DNA of 64,000 nucleotides from Neocallimastix sp. 'constans'. Its lineage: Eukaryota. How positions within the stretch are numbered: the stretch's first letter is position 1; each line of letters starts with the position of its first letter. The translations under genes and the position numbers were made by a program. The notes under the pieces were generated by a model, which saw nothing but the letters and a program-made list of their open reading frames with translations, ran no database searches and was not told the origin of the DNA. Shown here one piece after another: positions 45,064-58,150 of the stretch. The stretch is from NCBI GenBank assembly GCA_050613775.1, contig JBODTK010000126.1, positions 124,001 to 188,000 of the forward strand, in the 5' to 3' direction.

Positions 45064-48000
45064 ATGGATGCTTCTAGCTCAGTTAATAATACTCCCTTCC
45101 ATCGTGGTTTCTACTGCTTCGGTAATCATATGAACAATTATAGCCTTATCTTTATCCATAACCTTAATTCTTGGTCCCCTAGTAATCTAATGGCTCAAGT
45201 TATTAGTAAGATCCCTAACTACAATGAAATTATTCCATATGTTAAAAAACTTTTTTCTCCAAGGTACGGCTCATACTTCATTATTAGGGTTAATAAACAC
45301 AAAAATGATCTCAAATTTTTCGATGTTTTAGATTTCTTAAGAGATAAAATTCCTGAAACAGCTAAAATTACCTGGACCTTGTGTAATAAACTTAAACAAA
45401 TGAACAAGTCAAGAAAATCTAATAATATTGATGTTGAACTTAATCCTATGGCGAAAGATTTTTTCTCTAGCCATCTAAATTCAAATTCTTCTTTCTTTAA
45501 TCTCTGTGTTAGTTGGAATATTAACGGTTGGAATACTGAAAAACGTGATAGTATTTTATATCTCAACTCTATTTTCAAACCTATATGTATCTGTTTACAA
45601 GAAACTGGAAAAAGTAAATATCTTCCAAAAGATGTTTCATCACCATTAATTCCATATTACAACTCAGTTTTCCTTAGAGCTAATCCTAAAATCCCTGGTA
45701 TGAGAGGACTCTTTATTGGTGTTCATTCTTCGTGCTCTTTTTTCCAAGAACCGTTTTTATACAAATATATCATTTCAGTAAATATTACTTCTTTCTGGAA
45801 TCAAAAATGTACTATTGGTAATATCTACTTCCCTCAAAGCAAATGGAAGGAAGAAAGACTAGCTGCTTTTGATGAACTTTCTCAATGATTACGTTTTCAC
45901 AATAGAAAAAACGTTCCTGCTGTCCTAGTTGGTGATTTTAACATGTCATTAAAGAAGATCAAAACATACATTTCAAATAATTTTCCTAATTGGTATATTG
46001 CTCCCTTATATGGTAATAAATTTACTTATGCCAAAGGTTCTAGATCATCTTGTATTGACCATGTCATATATAATGAGGCTTTGGCAGCTCATTTTAATAA
46101 AACCTCGGTTTGCACTTCATTTTATGGTATTTCTGATCATAAACCTATTATACTTTCTTGCAACAAAGTTCTCTCCGATGGCTTTATTAGGCCTGCTAAA
46201 GTTTCTAAATGGTCTACACATATTTGTAAAACAAAAAATTCAGATATTTTATCACATAATTATTTTTCAATCTTAGCAAATGACCTCGATTCTCATTACA
46301 ATTCGCTCACTGCTGATGAAATGGTAGAAAAATTTATTAATACAGCAAATAATATCGGGAAGGATATTAAGGCTTTCATTCCAACAAATTTAAAGGGCTC
46401 TGCTTTTCATTGTCCTTATTACATTAAAAGACTGTCTCATGAAAAACATATTGCATTTCGAAATATTAAGCCTTACTTTAACTGTGAAAATGTTGATAAT
46501 TACCTTGAACAATTTAATAAATATGAAAAACTTTGCAAATTAATCAAGAAAACAAAGAGCAAATTTCGCTCTGCTAGATTTAAAGCTAATATAGTAAAAA
46601 TTGGTAATTATTTTTTGAATAAAGATTTCAAAAATGGTTGGAGATGTTTAAAAAAAATGGCTAAACCATCGTATTCATCTACCTCCCCTACTTGCATCAA
46701 ATCTAAATTTGGTCAAGATATTATCTCTCCTACTAAACAATTAGATAGATGGGCTGAATATTATAAAGATCTAGCTTCTGATCCCTCAGGTCACAGCCTT
46801 AATCGTAATTACTGGAATCATGCTTTAAGGAATATTAGTCTTAGATCCTCTACCTGGAATATAAATGGTCCCATTACGATTGACGATATTAAAAAAACAA
46901 TTTCATCTATGAAAAACAACAAAGCACCCGGCCCCGATGGTATCCCGATTGAATTCTACAAAGCTCTGTTTTGCAATGAAGAATTACTAGAAACACATCC
47001 TGCTGCTGGAAAGTGTCTTAAATTGATTTTTAATAAAATATGGAATGGGTCTTTTCCTAAAAAATGGAACTCAGCTTCTATTGTATCAATCCCTAAGAAA
47101 GGTGACCTATCAGATTGTAGTAATTATCGAGGTATTTCTCTCATTAATGTTGGACTGAAAATCATTTCGAAAATTGTTACAGATAGAATATCTTCTTACG
47201 CACTCTCACACAATTTCATTAGACCTGAACAATTTGGCTTTCGCAACCGTGAAGAATGCATTAGTTTATTCATTTCCGTTAGAGAAATATGCCAAAGAAG
47301 AAAATTTCAAGGAAAATTCACATATTTAGCCTTTTTAGATCTTAAAAAAGCTTATGATTCAGTTCCTATTTTTAACATTCTTACTAAATTATATCATTAT
47401 GGAGTACGTGGTAAATGTTTTGATTTTCTTTGTAATTTATATACTTCATCTAAAGCTCGTGCTCGATTTGCTTCAATGTTATCAAATGAATTTCCTATTA
47501 AAAGAGGTGTTCGTCAAGGTTGTCCATTATCTCCAATTTTATTCAATTTATTCATCAATGATATATTAAATGACTGTGAAAAGTATGGTGTTAATATTGG
47601 AAGAAAAAAGTGTTGTGGTGGACTCTTTGCTGATGATGTTGTTCTCATTGCTCCAAGTGCAAAAAATTTAGAAAAATTACTAAAAAAGGTACATAGATGG
47701 GCTAATTTAAATGAAATGACTTTTGGTATTGAAAAATGTGCAACTATGGTTATAAAACCAATGAACTTCCAATCTCCTCCAAACTATAGTGACCCAACCT
47801 TCTATTTAGGAATGAATGCTATTCCTAAAGTTTCTAGTTATATTTATCTTGGTATTCCTTTTTCTGATGATCTCTTACTAGAACACATTATATCTCACAT
47901 GCATTTTAAAGTTAGAAAATCCCTTCTTTCATTTACACATTTCTTCTCAATTAAACTTATCCCTATTGCATACAAGAAAAAAGTTCTTCAATCCTTTGTT

Positions 48001-49227
48001 ATTAGTAAAGTAATTTATTATTCTCCTTTACTTGGTTCAAACAAATCCAGAACGGCCAGAATTCAAACATTAATTAATACTGGTCTATTTTGGTGTATCG
48101 GCTCCTTCTCTAAAAATGGTAAAACAAGTTCAGAAGACAATGACTATATTAGACATAATTCTACTATGAGTACTTATGCTTTATCTCGAGATCTAAGCAT
48201 TCCTCCTATTGCTGGTGTCTGCGCAGCCTTACAGATTAAATCATTTGCAAAATGGAGTAAATCAAACTGTATTATAAAGGATCTTATTAAATCTATTCCC
48301 AAAATGCATCATTATTCCTGGACTAAAGAATCTAGAACACTGTATAAAAAAATCAAAAAATATAAATGTGAAAAATATGACGATATTTTAGAACGTTACT
48401 GGAAATCAGTTGCCAAATTTCAAGGTATTAAAGGTCAAAATTACGATCGTAATAAGTTCTCAAACAATAAAGCTATAATTATGCTTAGTTTAAAATATCC
48501 CCAATTCAACTTAGGGTTTTCGTGGATTATACGTTTACGCTGTGGTTATAAATACAATACTACTATTGCTATTAGAATGGGTAGAGTTTCAGAAGATTGT
48601 CCCAAGTATTGCCCCTGTTGTGGCGAAGATAAACAATCTTTTGAACATTGGATTTTTAAATGCGATGCTCTTGCATCTTTTAGATGGAATTCTTTAAATT
48701 TCATCGATGATCTCTATGTTTTATTCCTTAGGAAGATTAGAGCGTTTAATCCTCTTTCTTCCTATGACTCTATTTCTAATTTTGAAGATTATATCAATCA
48801 TTATATATACTTGTTCCTTCTTGGTGGGACTTTAGTTTTAAATGAGCTACATTTCGATAGTGGGGAACAGAGACAATTAAATGAACTACTTTTCAAAGGT
48901 TCATCTGAGTCACCTGTTCCAAAAATTGTGGGCTTGGCGGAATTCTTAACAAGTGCAATACCTATCATTAGTAGTTCGTTTGAGCTATTATTTGATAGGT
49001 ATTGCAAAATACCAAACTTATCCAAGAGCGTCGACGTCGTACTGATAAGGCATAATGATAATACAGGATCGTCATCTATTGCTACGAAGGATGAATCTCT
49101 CCCTAGTAGTTCAATAAATGATGAGTCCGGGGAGAGTTTAGTGGACACCACACTATCTATTTTAAAGATGTTACTTCTAGGTTTTATTTCTTTTTTATTT
49201 GATAGGAAGGGAAAAATTCCCGCATAG
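45064..49227 (+). pseudogene. LINE polyprotein (N-terminal region, APE endonuclease, reverse transcriptase, CCHC knuckle) with one premature TGA at 45886-45888
   Basis: ORFs 45064-45888 and 45943-49227 are in the same frame. APE motifs: SWNING, LQET, GDFN, IDH, SDH. RT motifs: KAPGPDG, YRGISL, QFGFR, LDLKKAYD, GVRQG, FADD. C-terminal CPCC...EHWIFKC. The sister copy has TGG at the stop position (50041-50043). Confidence 0.93.
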
Positions 49228-49373
49228 TACAACTTGCCGAAATACATAGTATTTTCGAGCTTTTTATTTTTTTATTTTTTAATTTTTTATTTTTAATTTC
49301 AAATGTACTTTTCACCTACATGTATTTTTTATAATAAAATTAATAAAGTTTTGGAAGTGTATTCTCTTCCCTG

Positions 49374-49420
<47 letters not shown>

Positions 49421-49546
49421 ACTGATAATGTATCTTATATATTTAAATTCATAAAAAGAAAATACTAAATAAAATAAAAAATAAAATTTACTATTATGTA
49501 GTAGTTTCCTGATATGATAATGTTTTTATGTATTTTATCTTATTTT

Positions 49547-52514
49547 TTAAACAAATGAACAAGTCAAGAAAATCTAATAACATTGATGTTGAACTTAATC
49601 CTATGGCGAAAGATTTTTTCTCTAGCCATCTAAATTCAAATTCTTCTTTCTTTAATCTCTGTGTTAGTTGGAATATTAACGGTTGGAATACTGAAAAACG
49701 TGATAGTATTTTATATCTCAACTCTATTTTCAAACCTATATGTATCTGTTTACAAGAAACTGGAAAAAGTAAATATCTTCCAAAAGATGTTTCATCACCA
49801 TTAATTCCATATTACAACTCAGTTTTCCTTAGAGCTAATCCTATAATCCCTGGTATGAGAGGACTCTTTATTGGTGTTCATTCTTCGTGCTCTTTCTTCC
49901 AAGAACCGTTTATATACAAATATATCATTTCAGTAAATATTACTTCTTTCTGGAATCAAAAATGTACTATTGGTAATATCTACTTCCCTCAAAGCAAATG
50001 GAAGGAAGAAAGACTAGCTGCTTTTGATGAACTTTCTCAATGGTTACGTTTTCACAATAGAAAAAACGTTCCTGCTGTCCTAGTTGGTGATTTTAACATG
50101 TCATTAAAGAAGATCAAAACATACATTTCAAATAATTTTCCTAGTTGGTATATTGCTCCCTTATATGGTAATAAATTTACTTATGCCAAAGGTTCTAGAT
50201 CATCTTGCATTGACCATGTCATCTATAATGAGGCTTTGGCAGCTCATTTTAATAAAACCTCGGTTTGCACTTCATTTTATGGTATTTCTGATCATAAACC
50301 TATTATACTTTCTTGCAACAAAGTTTTCTCCAATGGCTTTATAAGGCCTGCTAAAGTTTCTAAATGGTCTACACATATTTGTAAAACAAAAAATTCAGAT
50401 ATTTTATCACATAATTATTTTTCAATCTTAGCAAATGACCTCGATTCTCATTACAATTCGCTCACTGCTGATGAAATGGTAGAAAAATTTATCAATACAG
50501 CAAATAATATCGGGAAGGATATTAAGGCTTTCATTCCAACAAATTTAAAGGGCTCTGCTTTTCATTGTCCTTATTATATTAAAAAACTGTCTCATGAAAA
50601 ACATATTGCATTTCGAAATATTAAGCCTTACTTTAACTGTGAAAATGTTGATAATTACCTTGAACAATTTAATAAATATGAAAAACTTTGCAAATTAATC
50701 AAGAAAACAAAGAGTAAATTTCGTTCTGCTAGATTTAAAGCTAATATAGTAAAAATTGGTAATTATTTTTTGAATAAAGATTTCAAAAATGGTTGGAGAT
50801 GTCTAAAAAAAATGGCTAAACCATCGTATTCATCTACTTCCCCTACTTGCATAAAATCTAAATTTGGTCAAGATATTATCTCTCCTACTAAACAATTAGA
50901 TAGATGGGCTGAATATTATAAAGATCTAGCTTCTGATCCCTCAGGTCACAGCCTTAATCGTAATTACTGGAATCATGCTTTAAGGAATATTAGTCTTAGA
51001 TCCTCTACCTGGAATATAAATGGTCCCATTACGATTGACGATATTAAAAAAACTATTTCATCTATGAAAAACAACAAAGCACCCGGCCCCGATGGTATCC
51101 CGATTGAATTCTACAAAGCTCTGTTTTGCAATGAAGAATTACTAGAAACACATCCTGCTGCTGGAAAGTGTCTTAAATTGATTTTTAATAAAATATGGAA
51201 TGGGTCTTTTCCTAAAAAATGGAACTCAGCTTCTATTGTATCAATCCCTAAGAAAGGTGACCTATCAGATTGTAGTAATTATCGAGGTATTTCTCTCATT
51301 AATGTTGGACTGAAAATCATTTCGAAAATTGTTACAGATAGAATATCTTCTTACGCACTCTCACACAATTTCATTAGACCTGAACAATTTGGCTTTCGCA
51401 ACCGTGAAGAATGCATTAGTTTATTCATTTCCGTTAGAGAAATATGCCAAAGAAGAAAATTTCAAGGAAAATTCACATATTTAGCCTTTTTAGATCTTAA
51501 AAAAGCTTATGATTCAGTTCCTATTTTTAACATTCTTACTAAATTATATCATTATGGAGTACGTGGTAAATGTTTTGATTTTCTATGTAATATATATACT
51601 TCATCTAAAGCTCGTGCTCGATTTGCTTCAATGTTATCAAATGAATTTCCTATTAAAAGAGGTGTTCGCCAAGGTTGTCCATTATCTCCGATCTTATTCA
51701 ATTTATTCATCAATGATATATTAAATGACTGTGAAAAGTATGGTGTTAATATTGGAAGAAAAAAGTGTTGTGGTGGACTCTTTGCTGATGATGTTGTTCT
51801 CATTGCTCCAAGTGCAAAAAATTTAGAAAAATTACTAAAAAAGGTACATAGATGGGCTAATTTAAATGAAATGAGTTTTGGTATTGAAAAATGTGCAACT
51901 ATGGTTATAAAACTAATGAACTTCCAATCTCCTCCAAACTATAGTGACCCAACCTTCTATTTAGGAATGAATGCTATTCCTAAAGTTTCTAGTTATATTT
52001 ATCTTGGTATTCCCTTTTCTGATGATCTCTTACTAGAACACATTATATCTCACATGCATTTTAAAGTTAGAAAATCCCTTTTGTCATTTACACATTTCTT
52101 CTCAAATAAAGTTATCCCTATATACAAGAAAAAAGTTCTTCAATCCTTTGTTATTAGTAAAGTAATTTATTATTCTCCTTTACTTGGTTCAAACAAATCT
52201 AGAACGGCCAGAATTCAAACATTAATTAATACTGGTCTATTTTGGTGTATCGGCTCCTTCTCTAAAAATGGTAAAACAAGTTCAGAAGACAATGACTATA
52301 TTAGACATAATTCTACTATGAGTACTTATGCTTTATCTCGAGATCTAAGCATTCCTTCTATTGCTGGTGTCTGCGCAGCCTTACAGATTAAATCTTTTGC
52401 AAAATGGAGTAAATCAAACTGTATTATAAAGGATCTTATTAAATCTATTCCCAAAATGCCTTATTATTCCTGGACTAAAGAATCTAGAACACTGTATAAA
52501 AAAATCAAAAATAT
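49547..52514 (+). mobile_element. Second, near-identical family A LINE copy truncated at both ends (APE and RT open; no 5' UTR, no CCHC)
   Basis: Matches the full-length copy from about 45392 to 48360 with scattered substitutions and a 3-bp deletion (IPIYKK vs IPIAYKK). The ORF 49528-52524 start lies in flanking DNA. Confidence 0.94.
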
Positions 52515-52522
52515 GATTATTT

Positions 52523-52567
<45 letters not shown>

Positions 52568-52701
52568 TTTACTTAATCTCTTATATACATTTTATTTTTA
52601 TCTTTATAAATGTATTTTTTCGAAAAATGTAATACATAAAAAAATAATTACCTCTTTAATAAAGTACTAGAAGTATATTCTCTTCCTAGTCTAAAAAAAA
52701 A
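52515..52701 (+). mobile_element. 3' UTR and short poly(A) of a related LINE subfamily
   Basis: aataaagtactagaagtatattctcttcctagtct(A)n resembles but differs from family A aataaagttttggaagtgtattctcttccctgtct(A)n. Confidence 0.65.
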
Positions 52702-52749
52702 TATCATATCATTTTTTTTTCCATATATATATATATTTTTTTTTATGTA

Positions 52750-54415
52750 TTTATAATTTCTTCATGTACAAATTCTAGGTTAGTTTGGACTATAGAAAAT
52801 CTCTAAACCTTCTTTTGCTCCTTCCCAATCACTTCTGTATATTAAAGGTAATGTTCTAGTATCTTAAGAAAATCAACTCAACCGTTTTGTAGAAGACAAT
52901 GAAGAACTTGCTTCTGATATAACCAATCGAAGTCTTAATGAAAGTTATTGGAAAGGAATACTAAACAATTCTACTTCTCCCTAGGAATCATAGGTCATTA
53001 CAATTCTTCTTCTCCTAAGGAATCATGGGACACTAATCAATCAATTTCAATGTCGAAAATTCCCTTTTTGCTCTTTCACTGAAAAATAATAAAACACCTA
53101 CTCCTGATGGTATTCTAATAAAAAAAATTTTTTTTAAAGCATTTTTTTCAATTGAGAGTAGAACTTCTTCTTAGAATGATCCTAATCAAGAAATTACTTA
53201 TTTCGATTGTACAAAAAGAGGTTTATTTATTTATTTATTTATTTATTTTTATTTTACTTTTATTCTTTTTTTTTTTTAACTTTACTATTTAATAAAATTT
53301 GGGATGGTGACTTCCCTGATGAATGAAAATTCTGAATCTATTGTTTCCATTCCAAGGAAAAGGGGATCTTTCTGATTGTTGTAATAATTACGGTGGTATT
53401 TCATTCTTTATTGTAGGATCAAAGATTTTATCAAAAAGTGTAACTTAAAGAACATCAGACTGTGCTTTTTCTCTTAGAATTTATTAGACCAGAATTTATT
53501 AACCAGAACAGATTGGTTTTAAAAGTAAAGAAGAATGTATTAGTTAGTTTGCCTCTATTCCTGAAATTTGCCAAAGAAGAAGATTTAATAATCGATTTAG
53601 CTTTCTTACTTTTCTTAAACTCGAAAAAAGTTTACGATTTCTTTCCAATTTATAATATAATATATATAACTTAAAATATTGGTATTTGGGATATATGCCT
53701 TCATTTCATTACTAATCTGTACTTTACTTTAATAGCTCATGCAAACTTTAATGGTAAATATTCAAAAGAATCTTCAATACATCATGATGTTCGTCAATGG
53801 TAATCCCTTATCACTAGGGTGAACTCCCAATTCTATTTAATATATTTGTCAATGACATATTTGAATAAATACAAGAGATATAGTGTGTGATTACTGAAAG
53901 AAAAAAAGTGTTTTGGTGGCCTATTTACTGATGATATTGTTTTATTGGTCCCTTACAAAAGCCTCTTTTAAAATTCTTTTAATAAAAGCTCATGATTGAG
54001 GTAGTAAAAATGAAATAACCTTTGGAATCAATAAATGTGCTATACTTGTTACTATATCAAAGAATTTTATACCTTATTATGAAAATTCTACATTTGAGCT
54101 TGACATGAACCATCTACCAAGAAATAATCAACATTCATATCTTGGAATACCTTTTAATGAATCATTGGATTTATAACCTATTATTACTACGATGAACAGT
54201 TAAATAAATTATATGATTAAACTCTTTATTTAGATTTTTAAACCAATAGGAACGTACCTTTCTACTTTAAAACTCGTATTCTAGGTTCTTTTATCCTTAG
54301 TTCAGTTCTTTACAATGCATCTTTATAAATATCTAATAAAAAGAACATTGAAAAAGCTCAAACTACTTATTAAAAGAGGTTTGTTTTGGAGTTTTGGAGT
54401 TTTGGAGTCTAAAAA
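52750..54415 (+). pseudogene. Heavily decayed RT-domain relic of a divergent related LINE
   Basis: Frameshifted translations give NNKTPTPDGI, FNKIWDGDFPDE, GDLSDC...NYGGIS, FIRPE, VRQW, FGGLFTDDIVL, YLGIPF and GLFWSFG, colinear with the family A RT. Confidence 0.85.
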
Positions 54416-55104
54416 TAGAACTTCCAATAACCATTTTATTATACATTTTAATAGAAATATTTTTGCTTTATTGTATAAAAGTTATTAATAAAAATATAAA
54501 TAATAATCAATATTTAATAGAAAATTTGTTCTATAATTCATGTATTGTTTTTTTTATTTATTCTATTAATGGATGAAAAAAAGCACGTAGATTAACAATA
54601 CCATAATAAACTTCCTTGAAAAATTTCAGAAGTTTTACTTGGAAAATGAACCATTGTACAAGTACTATTTATTATAAATATAAAAATAATTAAAAAATAT
54701 ATATTTTAACGAATATATATTATTAAGTAATACATATTGATATTGAAAAAAAATATATATTTTTATTATAATGTATGATTATATAGAGTAATATATATTG
54801 ATATTGATATTTAATATAAATACATAATTTTAATTTTTTTGATTAAAATTATATATATTTATATATATATATAAATATATATACTTTATTTTTATTAATA
54901 TACTTTTGGTATTTTTTTTTTATCCTATTTTTATAATTATTTATAATAATAAATAGAAATATAATTACATATAATTCATACACATAGAGATATAAAATTT
55001 CAATTATAAAAAAAAAAAAAAAAAATAGTAAAAAAAAATAACACTTTTCTCCTAAAAGAATAGAAATCTTGAAAAAGGGATAACCATAATTTTAATGTAC
55101 ATTA

Positions 55105-55171
<67 letters not shown>

Positions 55172-55629
55172 ATGAAATGATTAAATTAAGAAACATTGAA
55201 ATATTAATATCATTAAAATTACTTCAGAAAACGAACAAACGAACAAACAAACGAACAAACAAAAAGATATCAATGAAAATTTCATAATCATTTATTTATA
55301 TGTATATAATAAAAATTATGAAGAAATTATTAATATTTTTTTAAAAAATAATTTAAATAGAAGAAATATTTCGTAAAATATATAATAAAATTATAATGAA
55401 ATTTTAATCTTTTGTATTTGATTAAAATCAATAAACATAAATTTAAGATGAAAAAAAAAGCTTATTTTAAGAAATATATTTTACATTTAATTTTTTTTTT
55501 AATTAATCAAAAATCATAATTTTAGATTTTTTTAGTTAAAAAATAAGGATTAATGTTTTTAAATTATTTATTATTATTTTTTTATTTTTATTATTATTTA
55601 TATAGTATTTACAGTAATTTTATATACTT

Positions 55630-55661
<32 letters not shown>

Positions 55662-58150
55662 TCCTTATTAAAAATACCTCTCTATTGTTTGTTTAACGGC
55701 AATTAAACATTTGAATAAACTTCATTAATTAAAAATATATAAAATATATATATAAAATATATATATAAATTTATAAATAATTTAAATCTCAAATATATTA
55801 TTAATTTATTATTTTTTTAATAAATTTTATTTAATAATATATACATTCCTTATAATTATAATTAAAATCAATAAAAATATTTTATTATTGTAGTAATTCA
55901 AATTTATACAATAATTAATATTTATCATACCTTAAACTAATTAAATATTTATCATTTTATAATTATTATAATTATATTACTATTTAAATATTATTTAATT
56001 ATTATTACTTAATTATTATTATTTAATTATTAATTATTATTTAATTATTATTACTTATTAATTATTATTTAATTATTATTATTACTTTATAATTATTATT
56101 TAATTATTATTTTTAATTATTATTTACTTATTTTAAAATTTTTATTCGTTATTATTATTTTATAATTATTATTATTTTAAAATTATTACTATTTTATAAT
56201 TATAATGATTTTATATAATTATTTATAACAATTAAATAAAATATAGTAAAATATATATGTATATATTTTCATATTTAAATATATATTGAAAATTTAATTA
56301 TTTTTTATTAATTTAAAGTAATATTACAAAAGTTTATAGTTTAAAATTATTTATTTATTATAATTATAATAAATATTATTTCATACAAACTATAATAATG
56401 ATAAATATAATATCTTTTAATATTTATTATTACTATTATATTACTATAATAATTATTAAAAGTTTTATTTTATATCTGTTATAGTTATTATAAAAATTAT
56501 TTTATATTTAATATAATTATAATAAACTTTTTTTTATGCCTTATTATTTTTTTTTGTATTCCAATATATTAAGTAATGAAAAAACAAATCTATAATTCTT
56601 GTATCACGTATTAAATCAATAAAGTTATATTTTAAGTTTATGCAGTTAATTATATTTGTATATTACATATATAAATTTTGCGGATTACTTTTATTTTAAA
56701 ATAATATAAGAAAATATTTTTATCAACTTTTTTTTTTATATATTATTTTATATTTCTTCTATTAATGGTATAAAAAAGTAAATTTTTGTTTTTTAGTAAT
56801 TTTTAATATAATTAAAGTTTGAAAATTTATACAATTATATTCTTTAATAATATAAAGTTATTAAAAAATAATTAAATTTAAGTAAATATAAAGTTTAATA
56901 AATAATAAATTTATTTTTATTACTTTTTTTTTTTAAAAAAAAAATAAAAATCATACCGCATTTCAAGCATTTCAAGAGGAAAATCATTTCTAGCCAATAA
57001 AATATATGGCGTCATATATATATAAAATTTATTTACATTATAAATAAAATAGTGTATCAATAATATAGCAATATATTTATATATTAAAAATTTTATAGGA
57101 TTATCACAATATTAAAGACTTTATTTATTTAATATAAATTATAATTAAAAAATATGAAAGATTTCATTATTCAATTAATAATACAGTTGTGTAATTTTTA
57201 TATTATTTTTATTTTTATTTTTATTTTTTTTTATTTTTTTTTTTTATAAATTGGAATTATATTTTAATTAATAAAAATATATATTATAAGATATTTCATA
57301 TTAATAATAATACATTATGAATTAAATATTAGATTATATAATTTGATATATATATAATTATATTAAAAAAATTTTTTTTTATTAATATTTAATTATTAAA
57401 TTGTTATTGTATATAGTTATAAATAATAATGTATACTAATTTGTATTTGGTGTATATTTTTTATTTTTTATTTTTTTTTACTCTTTATATTAATATCAAT
57501 TATTAATATTTATATTTTTATTATTTTAATATGTAATTTTATTAAATGATTTACTGTTTTTCTATTTAATATATTTTTTTTAAAGTTAATAAAAAATAAT
57601 TATTAAAATATAAACATAATATATTAATAAATTAAAAAGAAAACTTTTTATTATTATCATTTTTTATAATTATATACTAAAATATATATAATACCTTTTT
57701 CACCTTATTTTGTTTATAACTTTTTTTATTTTCTAAGTTTTATTTCTTTTATTATTTATTCTTCATTTATAAATATTTCAACAATTAATAATTCTGGTTT
57801 AAATTTTTATTTTTTTTTTAATCTAAAGTTATTTATTATAAGTATAAATTTTAATAAATTTTGTAAAATATAATTGTTAAAATTAAATTTATTTATTTCA
57901 ATATTATCGTAAAGCGAGATAAGAAGATAGAAAAAAAAATATAAACAAAGCAAAGTGAATAAATAAAATAATATTTTATTTTATTTGTAAATAATTTTGT
58001 TAAAACAATCCTATAGATATATTATATTTTTGTACAACTAAACCAATTTATAGAAGAAAAATTATATTTTAATAATAAATAGATTTTTTTTTTTTTTTTT
58101 ATTTTTTCAAAACTCAAATATATATAAAATTGTAATAATAGAAATAAAAA

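Larger units (their letters stand above)
44463..49418 (+). mobile_element. Full-length non-LTR retrotransposon (LINE family A), single ORF, APE-type
   Basis: 14-bp TSD aaattactgataat at 44449-44462 and 49416-49429, at a TT/AAA site. About 600 nt of 5' UTR. ORF 45064-49227. The 3' UTR has TGTA and AATAAA, followed by a ~42-nt poly(A). Confidence 0.96.

Noticed and set aside
44463..45888. 5' hairpin as a SECIS recoding the in-frame TGA as selenocysteine
   Set aside because: The upper stem is only 6 bp (SECIS needs about 11-12), it lies in the 5' UTR, and the sister copy has TGG (Trp). The TGA is a simple nonsense change.
49040..49095. CTGATAAG as a hammerhead core
   Set aside because: It deviates from CUGANGA, has no properly placed stem II and GAAA, and the C is not conserved in family C.
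45219..51803. Short antisense and alternative-frame ORFs within the LINE copies
   Set aside because: They overlap the clear APE-RT frame, have no motifs, and recur only because the element is duplicated.
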